Assembly (NCBI GenBank): GCA_003559635.1
Contig: PWKU01000016.1
Coordinates: 1 to 45,670 of the forward strand
Direction: 5' to 3'
Source of the DNA: Candidatus Nealsonbacteria bacterium
GTDB taxonomy: Bacteria; Patescibacteriota; Minisyncoccia; Minisyncoccales; PWPS01
Length of the DNA stretch: 45,670 nt
The notes under the pieces are model-generated. The model was not told where the DNA came from. It did not search any database and saw only the letters and a list, made by a program, of their open reading frames with translations. Made by a program: the position numbers and the translations under genes. How positions within the stretch are numbered: the first letter of the stretch is position 1; every line of letters starts with the position of its first letter. Below are positions 26,806-36,204 of this stretch, piece after piece.

Positions 26806-27861
26806 ATGATTGAAAATATTTTTGTTGGGACAATATGGGAAGTAGAGTATTTCGGGAACGCTCTTTGGGAGTATATTACTTTTCTATCCATACTTCTCTC
26901 CCTCTCTCTTTTTGTATTTTTGGTAAAGTATATTCTTTTCAGAAAGTTATATTCTAAGATCAAGGAGAAGAAGATATTTCTTCTTTTTCTGGATATTGTT
27001 GATAAAATACGTTCTTCTTACTATGTTTTTGTATCGTTCTATATTGCACTTGCGGTGATTGAGATCCCGGAGTTGCTTTCAAAATTATTTTGGATTGTTT
27101 TAGTGCTCTGGACAGTTTACAGGGTAGTGATTATTGGATACCAGTTTATTGACTTCTTTCTGGACAGTTTTCTTAAAAAAAGAGCAGAAATGAGAAATGT
27201 GGCTATGATCCGCACATTCGGGAATATTATTAAAGGATTTTTATGGCTTTTAGCACTCCTTGTGGTTTTGGCGATTTTTGGTGTTAATGTGACGGGAATT
27301 ATTGCCGGAATGGGAGTGGGTGGAATTGCGATTGCGTTTGCTCTGCAAAACATTCTTTCGGATCTCTTTAGCTCCTTTTCCATTTATTTTGACAAACCTT
27401 TTGTAGAAGGTGATTTTATCGTTGTCGGTGACAAATGGGGAACGGTAGAAAAAATAGGAATAAAAAGCACAAGAGTAAGAGCGTTGCAGGGAGAGGAGAT
27501 AATATTTTCCAATAGGGAGCTTACAACGGCTCAAGTGCATAACCTAAGAAATATGGAAAGAAGACGGAGCGCTTTCAGACTGGGAGTTTTGTACGAAACG
27601 CCGACCAAAAAAATGGAGAAAATACCATCAATTATTGAGAAGATAATAAAAAAAGAAAAAATCACCGAGTTTGACAGAGTACACTTTGCCGCGTTTAATG
27701 ATTTCTCGCTGGACTATGAGGTTGTTTATTTTGTTAATTCCCAAGAGTATGTAGTTTTTATGGAGACTAATGAAAGGATATTTCTTAATATTAAAAAAGA
27801 GTTTGAGAAAGAGGGAATCGAGTTTGCATATCCGACAAAAACAATCCATCTTGTCAAATAA
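26806..27861 (+). CDS. mscS: Small-conductance mechanosensitive channel (MscS family)
   Basis: Several N-terminal TM helices. Pore helix and beta domain: GIAIAFALQNILSDLFSSFSIYFDKPFVEGDFIVVGDKWGTVEKIGIKSTRVR. Confidence 0.85.
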   Translation: MIENIFVGTIWEVEYFGNALWEYITFLSILLSLSLFVFLVKYILFRKLYSKIKEKKIFLLFLDIVDKIRSSYYVFVSFYIALAVIEIPELLSKLFWIVLVLWTVYRVVIIGYQFIDFFLDSFLKKRAEMRNVAMIRTFGNIIKGFLWLLALLVVLAIFGVNVTGIIAGMGVGGIAIAFALQNILSDLFSSFSIYFDKPFVEGDFIVVGDKWGTVEKIGIKSTRVRALQGEEIIFSNRELTTAQVHNLRNMERRRSAFRLGVLYETPTKKMEKIPSIIEKIIKKEKITEFDRVHFAAFNDFSLDYEVVYFVNSQEYVVFMETNERIFLNIKKEFEKEGIEFAYPTKTIHLVK

Positions 27862-27951
27862 TTCATAAAATTATCGGGGTGTTTTGCTACTACGAAAGTG
27901 TTTTCTCACAAATTTTAAGAACAGCACTCCTTATTACCGTAATTATAAAAT

Positions 27952-29658
27952 ATGATAGATTTCTTTGTTAATGCCGTAAGCCAAATAGAGCTTACCCCCC
28001 AAGCAGAACTTGCTCTCTTACTTGTAGTGGCATCTTTTTTGGGAATACTATTTAGGGTTTTAAAACAACCCCTTATCTTAGCCTATCTTGCTGCGGGAAT
28101 ATTAATTGGAATATTTGGCTTTTTAAATCTTCAAGGAGCTGAAATTTTCGAAATATTCTCCACTTTCGGAATAATGTTTCTTCTTTTCCTGGTGGGAATG
28201 GAGATGGATTATTCATCAATCAAGAAGACGGGAAAACTCTCCTTGGCTATCGGTCTCGGACAGGTTCTTTTTACGGCGTGTGGAGGTTTTTTAATTGGGT
28301 ACTACATTTTTGGCTTTGACATTTTGTCGGCGGTGTATGTTGCGGTTGCGCTTACGTTTTCCAGTACCGTTATTATAGTAAAACTTTTATCAGACAAGGG
28401 GAGTCTCACAAGTCTTCACGGGAGAGCCGCAATTGGTCTCCTTCTGGTTCAAGATATAGTTGTTATACTGATACTTATCGTCTTGAATGCGATTCAAATT
28501 GGGGAGGGGGTTAATCTATTTACACTTTTTCGAACAGTTGTTGCCGGTATAGGGCTTTTTGGGTTAATGATTGTTTTGGGAATAAGTGTTTTTCCTTATC
28601 TTTTTCGAAAGGTTGCAAGTTCTCAGGAGCTTCTGTTTTTAATAAGCCTTGCCTGGCTTTTCTCTTTTGCGATGATTGTAAAACAGTTTGGTTTCTCGGT
28701 AGAAATCGCAGGATTCTTAGGAGGGGTTGCGTTGGCAAACTCCGCGGAAAAGTATCATATTGCCAATAAAATAAGGCCGTTGAGAGATTTCTTTATTTTG
28801 ATTTTCTTTGTTTTTTTGGGCTCACTGATGGTTGTGTCCGATTTTGCCGGTTTGACCGCGCCGGTGATAGTGTTTTCGCTGTTTGTTTTAATAGGTAATC
28901 CTATAATTGTAATGGTGATTATGGGTATTATGCATTACAAAAAACGTACAGGCTTTTTAACCGGGGTTACTGTAGCTCAAATTTCCGAATTTAGTTTGAT
29001 TTTTGCCGCAATAGGTCTTTCTATCGGACATATTACTAATCAAATTTTTGCCGTAATTGTCGCGGTGGGAGTGGTTACGATAACGCTCTCTACATATATT
29101 ATACTTTATGCCGAGAAGATTTTTCCCCATATATCAAATCTTTTATCTATCTTTGAAAGAAAAAACACAAAAGAAGAGGAAGGAGATTTTGGCATATCAA
29201 AGGAGATTATTCTGATTGGAGCGAATAGGATTGGTAAGGGGATAATGAATTACATCGATAAGAATAATCTGCTGGTTATTGACTTTGATCCGGTAGTTAC
29301 CGATCTTTTGAAAAAGAAAGGGGTTGATAGAATTTTTGCAGATATTAAAGACCCACACCTCTTTGAGGAGCTTAATTTGGAGAGGACAAAGCTGGTTATT
29401 TCTACCAGTCCTCATCTTGATGATAACTTAATGCTGATAAAGAGAATTAAGAACATTGACAAGAATATTAAGGTAGTTTGCCGCGCTGAGAGTGAGGGGG
29501 AGGCCTTGGCACTTTACGAAAAAGAAGCTGACTATGTGCTTCTGCCGCATTTTCTGTCCGGAGAATATCTGGGGAAAATTATAGATTCTAAATTTGAGTT
29601 AAAAAAACTGGAAGAACTTCGCGAAAGGGAAATCCAAGTTCTTGAGAATGGAGCATGA
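27952..29658 (+). CDS. Monovalent cation:proton antiporter (CPA2/Kef-type) with a C-terminal TrkA-N (RCK) domain
   Basis: About 12 TM helices of Na+/H+-exchanger type, followed by the Rossmann segment IILIGANRIGKG. Confidence 0.85.
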   Translation: MIDFFVNAVSQIELTPQAELALLLVVASFLGILFRVLKQPLILAYLAAGILIGIFGFLNLQGAEIFEIFSTFGIMFLLFLVGMEMDYSSIKKTGKLSLAIGLGQVLFTACGGFLIGYYIFGFDILSAVYVAVALTFSSTVIIVKLLSDKGSLTSLHGRAAIGLLLVQDIVVILILIVLNAIQIGEGVNLFTLFRTVVAGIGLFGLMIVLGISVFPYLFRKVASSQELLFLISLAWLFSFAMIVKQFGFSVEIAGFLGGVALANSAEKYHIANKIRPLRDFFILIFFVFLGSLMVVSDFAGLTAPVIVFSLFVLIGNPIIVMVIMGIMHYKKRTGFLTGVTVAQISEFSLIFAAIGLSIGHITNQIFAVIVAVGVVTITLSTYIILYAEKIFPHISNLLSIFERKNTKEEEGDFGISKEIILIGANRIGKGIMNYIDKNNLLVIDFDPVVTDLLKKKGVDRIFADIKDPHLFEELNLERTKLVISTSPHLDDNLMLIKRIKNIDKNIKVVCRAESEGEALALYEKEADYVLLPHFLSGEYLGKIIDSKFELKKLEELREREIQVLENGA

Positions 29659-30248
29659 TTTTAAAAGAGGAAGAGATTAAGTTACTTAAAAGCATAAAAG
29701 GATATTTTGCAATATCGGTAGGCCTTTTCTTACTTTCAATTCTATTAGGAATTATTTTTGTAAATTTTTATCCGTCTATTGCCACAAAGTCATTAAAGGA
29801 AATAACAGATGCCTTTTCTTTTTTACATAACTTAGGGCCGGTCACATTGGGCGGGTTTATTTTTTTGAATAACTCCGTAAAGGTTTTTTTGTTCATGGCA
29901 CTGGGAGTGCTTTTTGCACTTCCCACCTTGTTTTTTTTGGTTGTAAACGGCTGGGTGCTTGGGTTTGTTGCCGCTCTCATGTATCCGGAATTAGGTCCGA
30001 AAGGGTTGTTTTTTGGACTTTTTTTCCACGGGGTTTTTGAACTGCTGGCAATGTTTATAGGGTCATCAATGGGAATCTTAATTGGAATAACAGTGTTTTC
30101 TGAAGTAAGAGGAAAAGCAACAAAAATTTTTCCCGTTTCGAAAAAGATTAGAAAGATATTTCTGTTGACAGGGACCATTTTTGTAAAAGTAATAATACCA
30201 TTACTTTTTGTTGCCGCAGTTATTGAGACTTATATTATATTTACCTAA
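29655..30248 (+). CDS. SpoIIM-family integral membrane protein
   Basis: FLNNSVKVFLFMALGVLFALPTLFFLVVNGWVLG pattern with 5 TM helices. ATGA start/stop overlap with the antiporter gene. Confidence 0.7.
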   Translation: MILKEEEIKLLKSIKGYFAISVGLFLLSILLGIIFVNFYPSIATKSLKEITDAFSFLHNLGPVTLGGFIFLNNSVKVFLFMALGVLFALPTLFFLVVNGWVLGFVAALMYPELGPKGLFFGLFFHGVFELLAMFIGSSMGILIGITVFSEVRGKATKIFPVSKKIRKIFLLTGTIFVKVIIPLLFVAAVIETYIIFT

Positions 30249-30258
30249 AGGTGATAAA

Positions 30259-30894
30259 ATGATTATTTCGGAGAAAAAGGACGGGACGATGACAAAAGTA
30301 GAAAACATTACTTCTTTTCTCCATAGAGAGGGCTTGGATTGCAAAAATCTGGTTATGGGAGAGCAAATTCATGGTAAAAACATTTTTGTTGTAGAAAAAG
30401 AAGACATGGGCAGTATAATAAAGGATGCGGATGGGTTGGTCACCAAAGAGAAAGATTTGCTAGTGGGCGTTATTGTTGCTGACTGTTTTCCCGTTTCTTT
30501 CCAATCGGAAAATATTTTCGGAATTATACATGCCGGATGGAGGGGGGTGGAGAGGGGAATTTTGGAGGAATTGACAGAGAGGGTCCGTATTCTGGGAGAA
30601 AAAACAGAAAATCTGAAATTTGATGTTGGTCCCGGCATCGGTGTATGTCATCTTGAGATTAAAGAAGATATGCTGGAAAAATTTGAAAGGTTTAGTGGAT
30701 TTATAGAGAAGAGGGATAATAAATTTTATCTAAATCTTAGAAAAATAATTGAAAAAAAGATTAAAGAAATTGGTTGCAAAGAGCTGTCGACTTCCAATAT
30801 CTGCACATTTTGTAATAATGACTATTACTCTTTTCGCAGAGACAAAGGCGACAAAAGAGTAATTGCCATTAATTATTCACGTAATAAAATATAA
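30259..30894 (+). CDS. pgeF: Peptidoglycan editing factor PgeF / YfiH (DUF152, laccase-domain protein)
   Basis: QIHGKN, VADCFPV, HAGWRG, CTFCNNDYYSFRRD. I chose the ATG at 30259, which is preceded by AAAGGTGA, over the ORF-track start at 30208. Confidence 0.85.
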   Translation: MIISEKKDGTMTKVENITSFLHREGLDCKNLVMGEQIHGKNIFVVEKEDMGSIIKDADGLVTKEKDLLVGVIVADCFPVSFQSENIFGIIHAGWRGVERGILEELTERVRILGEKTENLKFDVGPGIGVCHLEIKEDMLEKFERFSGFIEKRDNKFYLNLRKIIEKKIKEIGCKELSTSNICTFCNNDYYSFRRDKGDKRVIAINYSRNKI

Positions 30895-30898
30895 AAAA

Positions 30899-31777
30899 AT
30901 GAAAAAAATCACAAAAGCGGTCATCGCCGCTGCCGGGTACGGAACAAGGTTTTTGCCGGCGACAAAAAATCAGCCAAAAGAGATGTTGCCGATTATCGAT
31001 AAACCGATTATTCATTATTTAGTGGAAGAGGCGGTGAAATCAGGCATTAAAGACATTGTTCTTGTTACCCGCTCAGGGCAAAACTCTCTGGAAGACTATT
31101 TCGACTCTCATCGAGAGCTGGAGTATGAGCTTGAAAAAAGCAAGAAAACAAAGAGATTGGCGGAGATTCGAAAAATTCCCAAGATGGCCAATTTTATCTA
31201 TGTGCGCCAAAAAAGCGATCTTCCGTACGGCAACGCAACACCACTTCTTTCAGCGGCTCCGGTTATTGACCCGGAAGAGTCTTTTGTCTACATGTACGGC
31301 GATGATCTTACTGTTTCTAAAACCCCGGTTGTCAAGCAAATTATCGAAATCTACAAAAAATATGAACCGAAGACGGTTATGGCGGTGCAGGAAGTTCCCA
31401 GAAAAGAGGTCCATAAGTATGGGGTTGTGAGGTACAAAAAGAGAGCGGAATATAAATATGAGATTGATGAGGCTTGTGAAAAGTTTCCTGCGGAAAAAGC
31501 ACCGTCCAGGATGGCGTCCTTTGGAAGATTTGTCTTCTCTTATGATGTAATTAGAAAAGCAAAGGAGACTCCTACGGGAAAGGATAATGAGCTTTGGGTA
31601 ATAGATATCTTAAACTCTCTCGCACGTGAGGGAGAAAAAATAATTGCACAACCAATAGAAGGGGAGTGGTGCACTACGGGAGATCCTCTAAGTTATTTAA
31701 AAACTTCTTTCAATTTTGCGCTAAAAAGAGACGATATTAGAGGTGATTTAAAAAAATATTTAAAGAGTATTCTCTAG
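30899..31777 (+). CDS. galU: UTP--glucose-1-phosphate uridylyltransferase
   Basis: KAVIAAAGYGTRFLPATKNQPKEMLPI and VEEAVKSGI blocks. I chose the start at ATG 30899 (MKKITKAV). Confidence 0.9.
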   Translation: MKKITKAVIAAAGYGTRFLPATKNQPKEMLPIIDKPIIHYLVEEAVKSGIKDIVLVTRSGQNSLEDYFDSHRELEYELEKSKKTKRLAEIRKIPKMANFIYVRQKSDLPYGNATPLLSAAPVIDPEESFVYMYGDDLTVSKTPVVKQIIEIYKKYEPKTVMAVQEVPRKEVHKYGVVRYKKRAEYKYEIDEACEKFPAEKAPSRMASFGRFVFSYDVIRKAKETPTGKDNELWVIDILNSLAREGEKIIAQPIEGEWCTTGDPLSYLKTSFNFALKRDDIRGDLKKYLKSIL

Positions 31778-32700
31778 CTCAGAGTGATACCGATTGATTG
31801 CATATTGCCCCGAAGATAATCGTCTGAGGTAGTGGAGTTTTTCCCCTCAATCTGCAACTTCTTTATAAGCAAAAAATCTTTTCCAGTTTGAACGGCAAGG
31901 GTATCGTTTGTTCCCAGATAAACCTTTCCCAAATCTCCGAATGGTCCTGCCTCGGTTTGTTTTTGAACTTCCGCGTCAAGGATCTTAAATAATTTTTCTC
32001 CCATCTTGCTATAGGTACCCGGCCAAGGATTATAGGCTCTTATTTTTCTTTCAATTAGTTCTGCATTTTCTTCCCAATTAATCTTTCCGTCGGACTTTGT
32101 AAATAGTTTTGTGTAGGTGGCGTCCTCTTCATTTTGAGGGGTTAGCGTTGCTTCTTCCTTCAAAACAAGCGGAATTGTTTTAATTAAAAGATTTGATCCT
32201 TCCAGAGCAAGGGTTTCTTCTAGCTTCTTATAGTCTATTGATGGTGTTAGAGGGACTTCACTTTGCGCTATAATTGGCCCCTGATCAATTTTCTCATTCA
32301 TCATAATTAGGGAGACTCCCGTTTTTTCTTCTCCATCTATAATAGCACTTTGAATAGGAGTCGGTCCCCGGTATTTTGGTAAGAGAGAGGGGTGTACGTT
32401 TATAAAATTTGAGAGGGCGAGTGTTTCAGGACTCACAATTATTCCGAAAGAAGCGACAATAACCATTTCGGGAGAATTTTCCTCAATAATGCGGTGAAAA
32501 TCTTCTTCTGTTTCTGCCTCCTCAATTTTAATACTTTCCTCTCGTGCCAAGTCCCTAATTAAAAGGGTTTGCACTTCTTGGTCCTTTTCCTCTTTTTTGT
32601 CGGGACCGGTTATTAAGAGAGATGGCTTAATGCTGTTTTTTATTAAAGTTTTAAAGATTACCGCTCCGAAAGGAGAGTTACTCGCAAAAGCAATATTCAT
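31774..32700 (-). CDS. fmt: Methionyl-tRNA formyltransferase
   Basis: NVHPSLLPKYRGPTPIQSAI, a formyltransferase N-domain and a C-terminal beta-barrel domain. Confidence 0.9.
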   Translation of the reverse strand: MNIAFASNSPFGAVIFKTLIKNSIKPSLLITGPDKKEEKDQEVQTLLIRDLAREESIKIEEAETEEDFHRIIEENSPEMVIVASFGIIVSPETLALSNFINVHPSLLPKYRGPTPIQSAIIDGEEKTGVSLIMMNEKIDQGPIIAQSEVPLTPSIDYKKLEETLALEGSNLLIKTIPLVLKEEATLTPQNEEDATYTKLFTKSDGKINWEENAELIERKIRAYNPWPGTYSKMGEKLFKILDAEVQKQTEAGPFGDLGKVYLGTNDTLAVQTGKDFLLIKKLQIEGKNSTTSDDYLRGNMQSIGITLS

Positions 32701-32719
32701 ATATTTTTGGTTAAAATTA

Positions 32720-33418
32720 TTAATCTTCTTCCCTCCACTCTATTTGTTTTTTATCTCCGGCAAATTCGAGCCATTCACCGTTTTTATCTATTACATACCA
32801 TCTTTGCTTTGAATCTGACCAAACCATGGGGTCATTCTTGTAATACGCTCTTTTCTTCTTTTCTTTTGGCTTGAGCTTGTTTATCTCCGGCCACTTTTTG
32901 AAAACTGTTTCAATTGCGTAATCAAGTTTTCTTGAATTTGCCCAAGCCGCAACTTTATCAATCGCTTTCTTCGCCTCTTTCACGGAGCCCGCTAAGCTGA
33001 TCAGGTCCTTGGCCGGTTTTGTGTATCGTGAATATATGATTCTTTGTTTCTTTGTGCTATCTTTTATCTCATCAAGCGAGAGCCCCTTGGTCATAAAATA
33101 GTGGTTTACAATCTGCTGGACGTCACTTTCGGGTTTCTCGTCACAGGGGTATTCTAGCAAATTATAAACTGTTTTCAAATATTGACTAACGGTTTCTTCT
33201 TTTAACCGGCGGTTTGAGAGATAATTTTTGAATTTTAAAATGTGTCTTTTATCAAATTCGGAGACTGTTATATCTTGCAAGTTTTTCTCATAAAGCCAAT
33301 TTTTGAAGAGAGACAGATTTTGTTCTCTCTTTTTTATTGTTGATTGCGCATAACCTTTCTTCTTTATTTTTATCAAATAAGAATCAATATTTTCGATAAC
33401 TTTTGCTTCTTTGGTCAT
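32720..33418 (-). CDS. Hypothetical protein; the N-terminus resembles the phage-integrase SAM-like core-binding domain, with no catalytic domain
   Basis: GYAQSTIKKREQNLSLFKNWLYEK...ITVSEFDKRHILKFKNYLSNRRLKEETVSQYLKTVYNLLEY resembles the integrase N-terminal domain. The C-terminal half (…YYKNDPMVWSDSKQRWYVIDKNGEWLEF) is unrecognised, and no R-H-R-Y catalytic residues are evident. Confidence 0.5.
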   Translation of the reverse strand: MTKEAKVIENIDSYLIKIKKKGYAQSTIKKREQNLSLFKNWLYEKNLQDITVSEFDKRHILKFKNYLSNRRLKEETVSQYLKTVYNLLEYPCDEKPESDVQQIVNHYFMTKGLSLDEIKDSTKKQRIIYSRYTKPAKDLISLAGSVKEAKKAIDKVAAWANSRKLDYAIETVFKKWPEINKLKPKEKKKRAYYKNDPMVWSDSKQRWYVIDKNGEWLEFAGDKKQIEWREED

Positions 33419-33421
33419 AAG

Positions 33422-33715
33422 TTAGTTGTTGGGAAAGATTTCCTTTATTCTTTGGGCCTCTTTTTCCAGCAAGGGGCCCGAATATTCTGCTCCGTGATCG
33501 TGAGAGTTTTCATATTTGGGAGCTTTTTGATCAAGGTGAAGGTTTATCTCCTTTTTCTCGATATTGTAGTATACATGAAATCGAGGATAACGATCCTGTA
33601 GTATTCGCCTTGCAAAAGAAACGGAATTGTTCTTTTGAAACCCATCGGTATAGTAACCCGCACTTTTTAGAATATTATAAGCGTTTCCGCTGAAATTTGA
33701 AATGTCTATTTTCAT
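33422..33715 (-). CDS. Hypothetical 97 aa protein
   Basis: Intact ORF ending 3 nt before the next minus-strand gene. Conserved-looking core RYPRFHVYYN...INLHLDQK...HDHGAEYSGPLLEKE. I recognise no family. Confidence 0.5.
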   Translation of the reverse strand: MKIDISNFSGNAYNILKSAGYYTDGFQKNNSVSFARRILQDRYPRFHVYYNIEKKEINLHLDQKAPKYENSHDHGAEYSGPLLEKEAQRIKEIFPNN

Positions 33716-33787
33716 AGCTCTTTAATAATAACACAAATCGGGGGTGGTTTTCAATTGATTTATCGTTTATAATGCAAAGGGTAAAAT

Positions 33788-34360
33788 ATGAAAAAAAAGA
33801 TGGCGAACAAAAGATTGTTTTTTTCCATAAATCTCTCAGACCAAGCAAAAGAAGAGATTTGTTTTTGGCAAAAGGAGTTTCAAAAAAGCCTTGATAGGGG
33901 AGTCAGGTGGACGCAAAAAGAGAATTTACATATCACCCTGCTTTTTTTGGGTCTGATTAAAGAAGAGAAGGTTGACAGCTTGATAAAAAAAGTAGAAAGC
34001 GTGAGGATTAAGCCGTTTACCATTAATCTAAATAGAATTTCTTATTTTCCCGAAAAAAAAATAGAGGCGAAAATGATTTGCGCCGAGGGAGTTTCTCCGG
34101 AAGCTGTAGAATTACAAAAAACAATAAAAGAAGCAATATCTCCCGATTTTCCCGCTGTTGACGATAGGAATTTTTACTTACATATAACGCTTGGGCGAAT
34201 AAGAAAATGGAGTTTTCGGAAAATACCGATCATTGAAATACCGGAAATTAATGAAAGCGTTGATATTGGTTTTAATGTTGATGCCTTTGATCTTCAAGAA
34301 AGCAGATTAACTAACAAGGGGGCGGTCTATACAAAAATTAAAAGCTTTAAATTGTGCTGA
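33788..34360 (+). CDS. thpR: RNA 2',3'-cyclic phosphodiesterase (2H phosphoesterase, LigT/ThpR)
   Basis: Two HxT motifs: LHITLLFLG and LHITLGR. Confidence 0.85.
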   Translation: MKKKMANKRLFFSINLSDQAKEEICFWQKEFQKSLDRGVRWTQKENLHITLLFLGLIKEEKVDSLIKKVESVRIKPFTINLNRISYFPEKKIEAKMICAEGVSPEAVELQKTIKEAISPDFPAVDDRNFYLHITLGRIRKWSFRKIPIIEIPEINESVDIGFNVDAFDLQESRLTNKGAVYTKIKSFKLC

Positions 34361-34361
34361 T

Positions 34362-35660
34362 ATGAAAAAAAATGTTCATTTCGTGGGGTTGCAGGGGATA
34401 GGGGTTTCTTCACTTGCACGTTATTTTATTTCGGAGGGAGCTTGTGTTACCGGTTCCGACAGTACTTTTTCTAATGAATTGGAAAAAGAAGGGGTCAAAC
34501 AGTTTGTGGGTCACGACAAGGAAAATGTTTTACCGGAAACAGACCTTTTAATTTACAGTACGGCGGTAATTGATAGTAACCCTGAGCTTGTAGAGGCCGG
34601 AAGAAGAGGCATTGAAACGCGGAGTTATCCGCAAGCGCTTGGAGAAATTACTAAAAAATACTATACAATCGCGGTTTCGGGAACTCACGGGAAAAGTACC
34701 ACGACGGCAATGCTTTCTTTAATAATGATTGAAGCCGGGCTTGACCCAACCGTGATTATTGGAACGAAACTTGCCGAATTTAATAATACCAATTTTAGAA
34801 AAGGCAAGTCCAATTATCTCTTAATTGAGGCAGATGAATTTAAGGCGGCGCTTTTGAATTTTTATCCGAGAATTGCGGTAATTACCAATATTGAAGAAGA
34901 TCACTTGGACTTTTATCAAGGCATCGATGATATTCTGAACACTTTTAAAAGTTATGTAAGTAATAACCTAGGAGATGGAACTTTAATTTTGAACAAAGAT
35001 GATACGAATTCACTTTCACTAAAAAGTGCTGCAAAAGGAAAGGTTGAAGAGTATTCCTTTGAAGACCAAGATAGAGAAAATTTAATACTATCCGTGCCCG
35101 GCAAACATAATATCTATAATGGGCTGGCCGCTCTCTTGGCCGGTAAAGAGCTGGGCATAGATAGTGATACCGCTTGTCGTGCTTTGGCAAAGTTTAAGGG
35201 AAGCTGGCGTCGGTTTGAAGAAAAAGAAATTTCTCTCGCAAACAAAAAAGAGATAAAAATAATAAACGATTATGCACACCATCCCACAGAGATAGAGGCG
35301 ACTTTTTTGGCGACAAAAGAAAAATATCCGAGCGAAAAGATTGTTGTTGTTTTTCAGCCTCATCAGTACGAGAGGACTTATCGGCTTTTCTCTGGTTTTG
35401 TAAAGGCTTTAGGATTAGTTGAGGCAGAGAATTTGCTGATTACCGACATATATACGGTAGAAGGAAGGGAATCGGAGGAAATTAAGAATAAAGTTAATGC
35501 GGAACTTTTGGCAACCGAAGTAAAAGGAGCGGTTTACAGTGGAAATTTGCAAAAAACTGCTTCATATCTCTTGAATAATTTGCAAGGGAATGAAATTGTG
35601 GTTATAATGGGAGCAGGAGATGTTTACAAGCTGGAGGAGATTCTGGCTAGTGATGAATAA
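34362..35660 (+). CDS. murC: UDP-N-acetylmuramate--L-alanine ligase
   Basis: HFVGLQGIGVSSLARYF, the GTHGKSTTTAM P-loop, DYAHHPTEI. Confidence 0.9.
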   Translation: MKKNVHFVGLQGIGVSSLARYFISEGACVTGSDSTFSNELEKEGVKQFVGHDKENVLPETDLLIYSTAVIDSNPELVEAGRRGIETRSYPQALGEITKKYYTIAVSGTHGKSTTTAMLSLIMIEAGLDPTVIIGTKLAEFNNTNFRKGKSNYLLIEADEFKAALLNFYPRIAVITNIEEDHLDFYQGIDDILNTFKSYVSNNLGDGTLILNKDDTNSLSLKSAAKGKVEEYSFEDQDRENLILSVPGKHNIYNGLAALLAGKELGIDSDTACRALAKFKGSWRRFEEKEISLANKKEIKIINDYAHHPTEIEATFLATKEKYPSEKIVVVFQPHQYERTYRLFSGFVKALGLVEAENLLITDIYTVEGRESEEIKNKVNAELLATEVKGAVYSGNLQKTASYLLNNLQGNEIVVIMGAGDVYKLEEILASDE

Positions 35661-35713
35661 AAAAGGAGCACGTATAAAGGTCTGTAAATAAAAACTTAAT
35701 TTTTTCAAAATTT

Positions 35714-36082
35714 ATGCCGGATAATTGGCCAACGATACTCATAATTGTACTCGGTGCAATGCTTGTGTGGCACATGATGCAAAAGCAGAAACAGCAGAAG
35801 GAAAAGGAGGGGAAGGAGGAAGAGGAAGAAAAAGAAGAAGCCAGTGTTTTGCGGGAAGAGCCAGTAGAAGCACAGGAAGAGCCAGTAGAAGAAGAGGAAG
35901 AAATGAAAAGCGAAAGTGGGGAAGAAGATGTGGAAGAAGACGTGGAAGAAGTAATTGAAATTGAAGAGGAAGCTGAAGTTGTAACGGATGAAGATCCTTC
36001 ATCCGAGAGTCCAGACACAGGTACGGAAGAAGAACCCCGTTTCGAAGAACCGGATGATAGCGCACAAGAGGAGCGAGAGTAA
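35714..36082 (+). CDS. Single-pass membrane protein with a highly acidic Glu-rich tail
   Basis: TM helix WPTILIIVLGAMLVWHMM, a basic stretch QKQKQQKEKEGK, then about 85 residues dominated by E/D with short repeats (EEPVE x2, EDVEE x2). Confidence 0.55.
   Translation: MPDNWPTILIIVLGAMLVWHMMQKQKQQKEKEGKEEEEEKEEASVLREEPVEAQEEPVEEEEEMKSESGEEDVEEDVEEVIEIEEEAEVVTDEDPSSESPDTGTEEEPRFEEPDDSAQEERE
35855..35891 (+). repeat. Short in-frame tandem repeat (21 nt period) in the acidic protein gene
   Basis: GAAGAGCCAGTAGAAG occurs at 35855-35870 and again at 35876-35891. A second 15 nt-period repeat, GAAGA(T/C)GTGGAAGAA, follows at about 35921-35950. Confidence 0.8.
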
Positions 36083-36134
36083 GGAATTAAGAAAATCGCT
36101 TGAAAAAAAGGGCATTTTTGCTCTTTTTTTCTTT

Positions 36135-36163
36135 TTGAGTTTTGTTTTAGTATATGTTACAAT
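36135..36163 (+). promoter_or_regulatory. Putative promoter upstream of tig
   Basis: TTGAGT (36135-36140), 17 nt, TACAAT (36158-36163), preceded by TGt (extended -10). Confidence 0.5.
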
Positions 36164-36204
36164 GACGGCGGTTGTTATTAAAAGTTCTAAATTTTTAATT
36201 GATT

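Noticed and set aside
27862-27951. A possible riboswitch (for example c-di-AMP type) upstream of the Kef-type K+/H+ antiporter, prompted by the pairing GGGGTGTT...AACAGCACTCC and a GTGTTTT(G/C) repeat
   Set aside because: The region is only about 90 nt, too short for the ydaO/kimA class. I recognise no conserved riboswitch core. The pairing needs G-U wobbles and could be chance.
31774-31777. The convergent galU and fmt genes overlap by 4 nt, with both TAG stop codons read from the palindrome CTAG
   Set aside because: This is real but is a compaction curiosity, with no evidence of function. It does mean there is no room for a terminator between the convergent genes.
32720-33418. Tyrosine recombinase/integrase marking a mobile element
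   Set aside because: Only the N-terminal SAM-like core-binding resemblance is present. I see no catalytic domain or R-H-R-Y residues, no flanking att-like repeats, and no tRNA target.
35647-36065. Ser-rich (35647-36018, -), Leu-rich (35739-36065, -) and Arg/Gly-rich (35725-35958, +) ORFs overlapping the acidic protein gene
   Set aside because: All are alternative-frame readings of the GAA/GAG repeat tract. Only the + frame has a TM helix, and it fits the architecture seen at 8353-8634.
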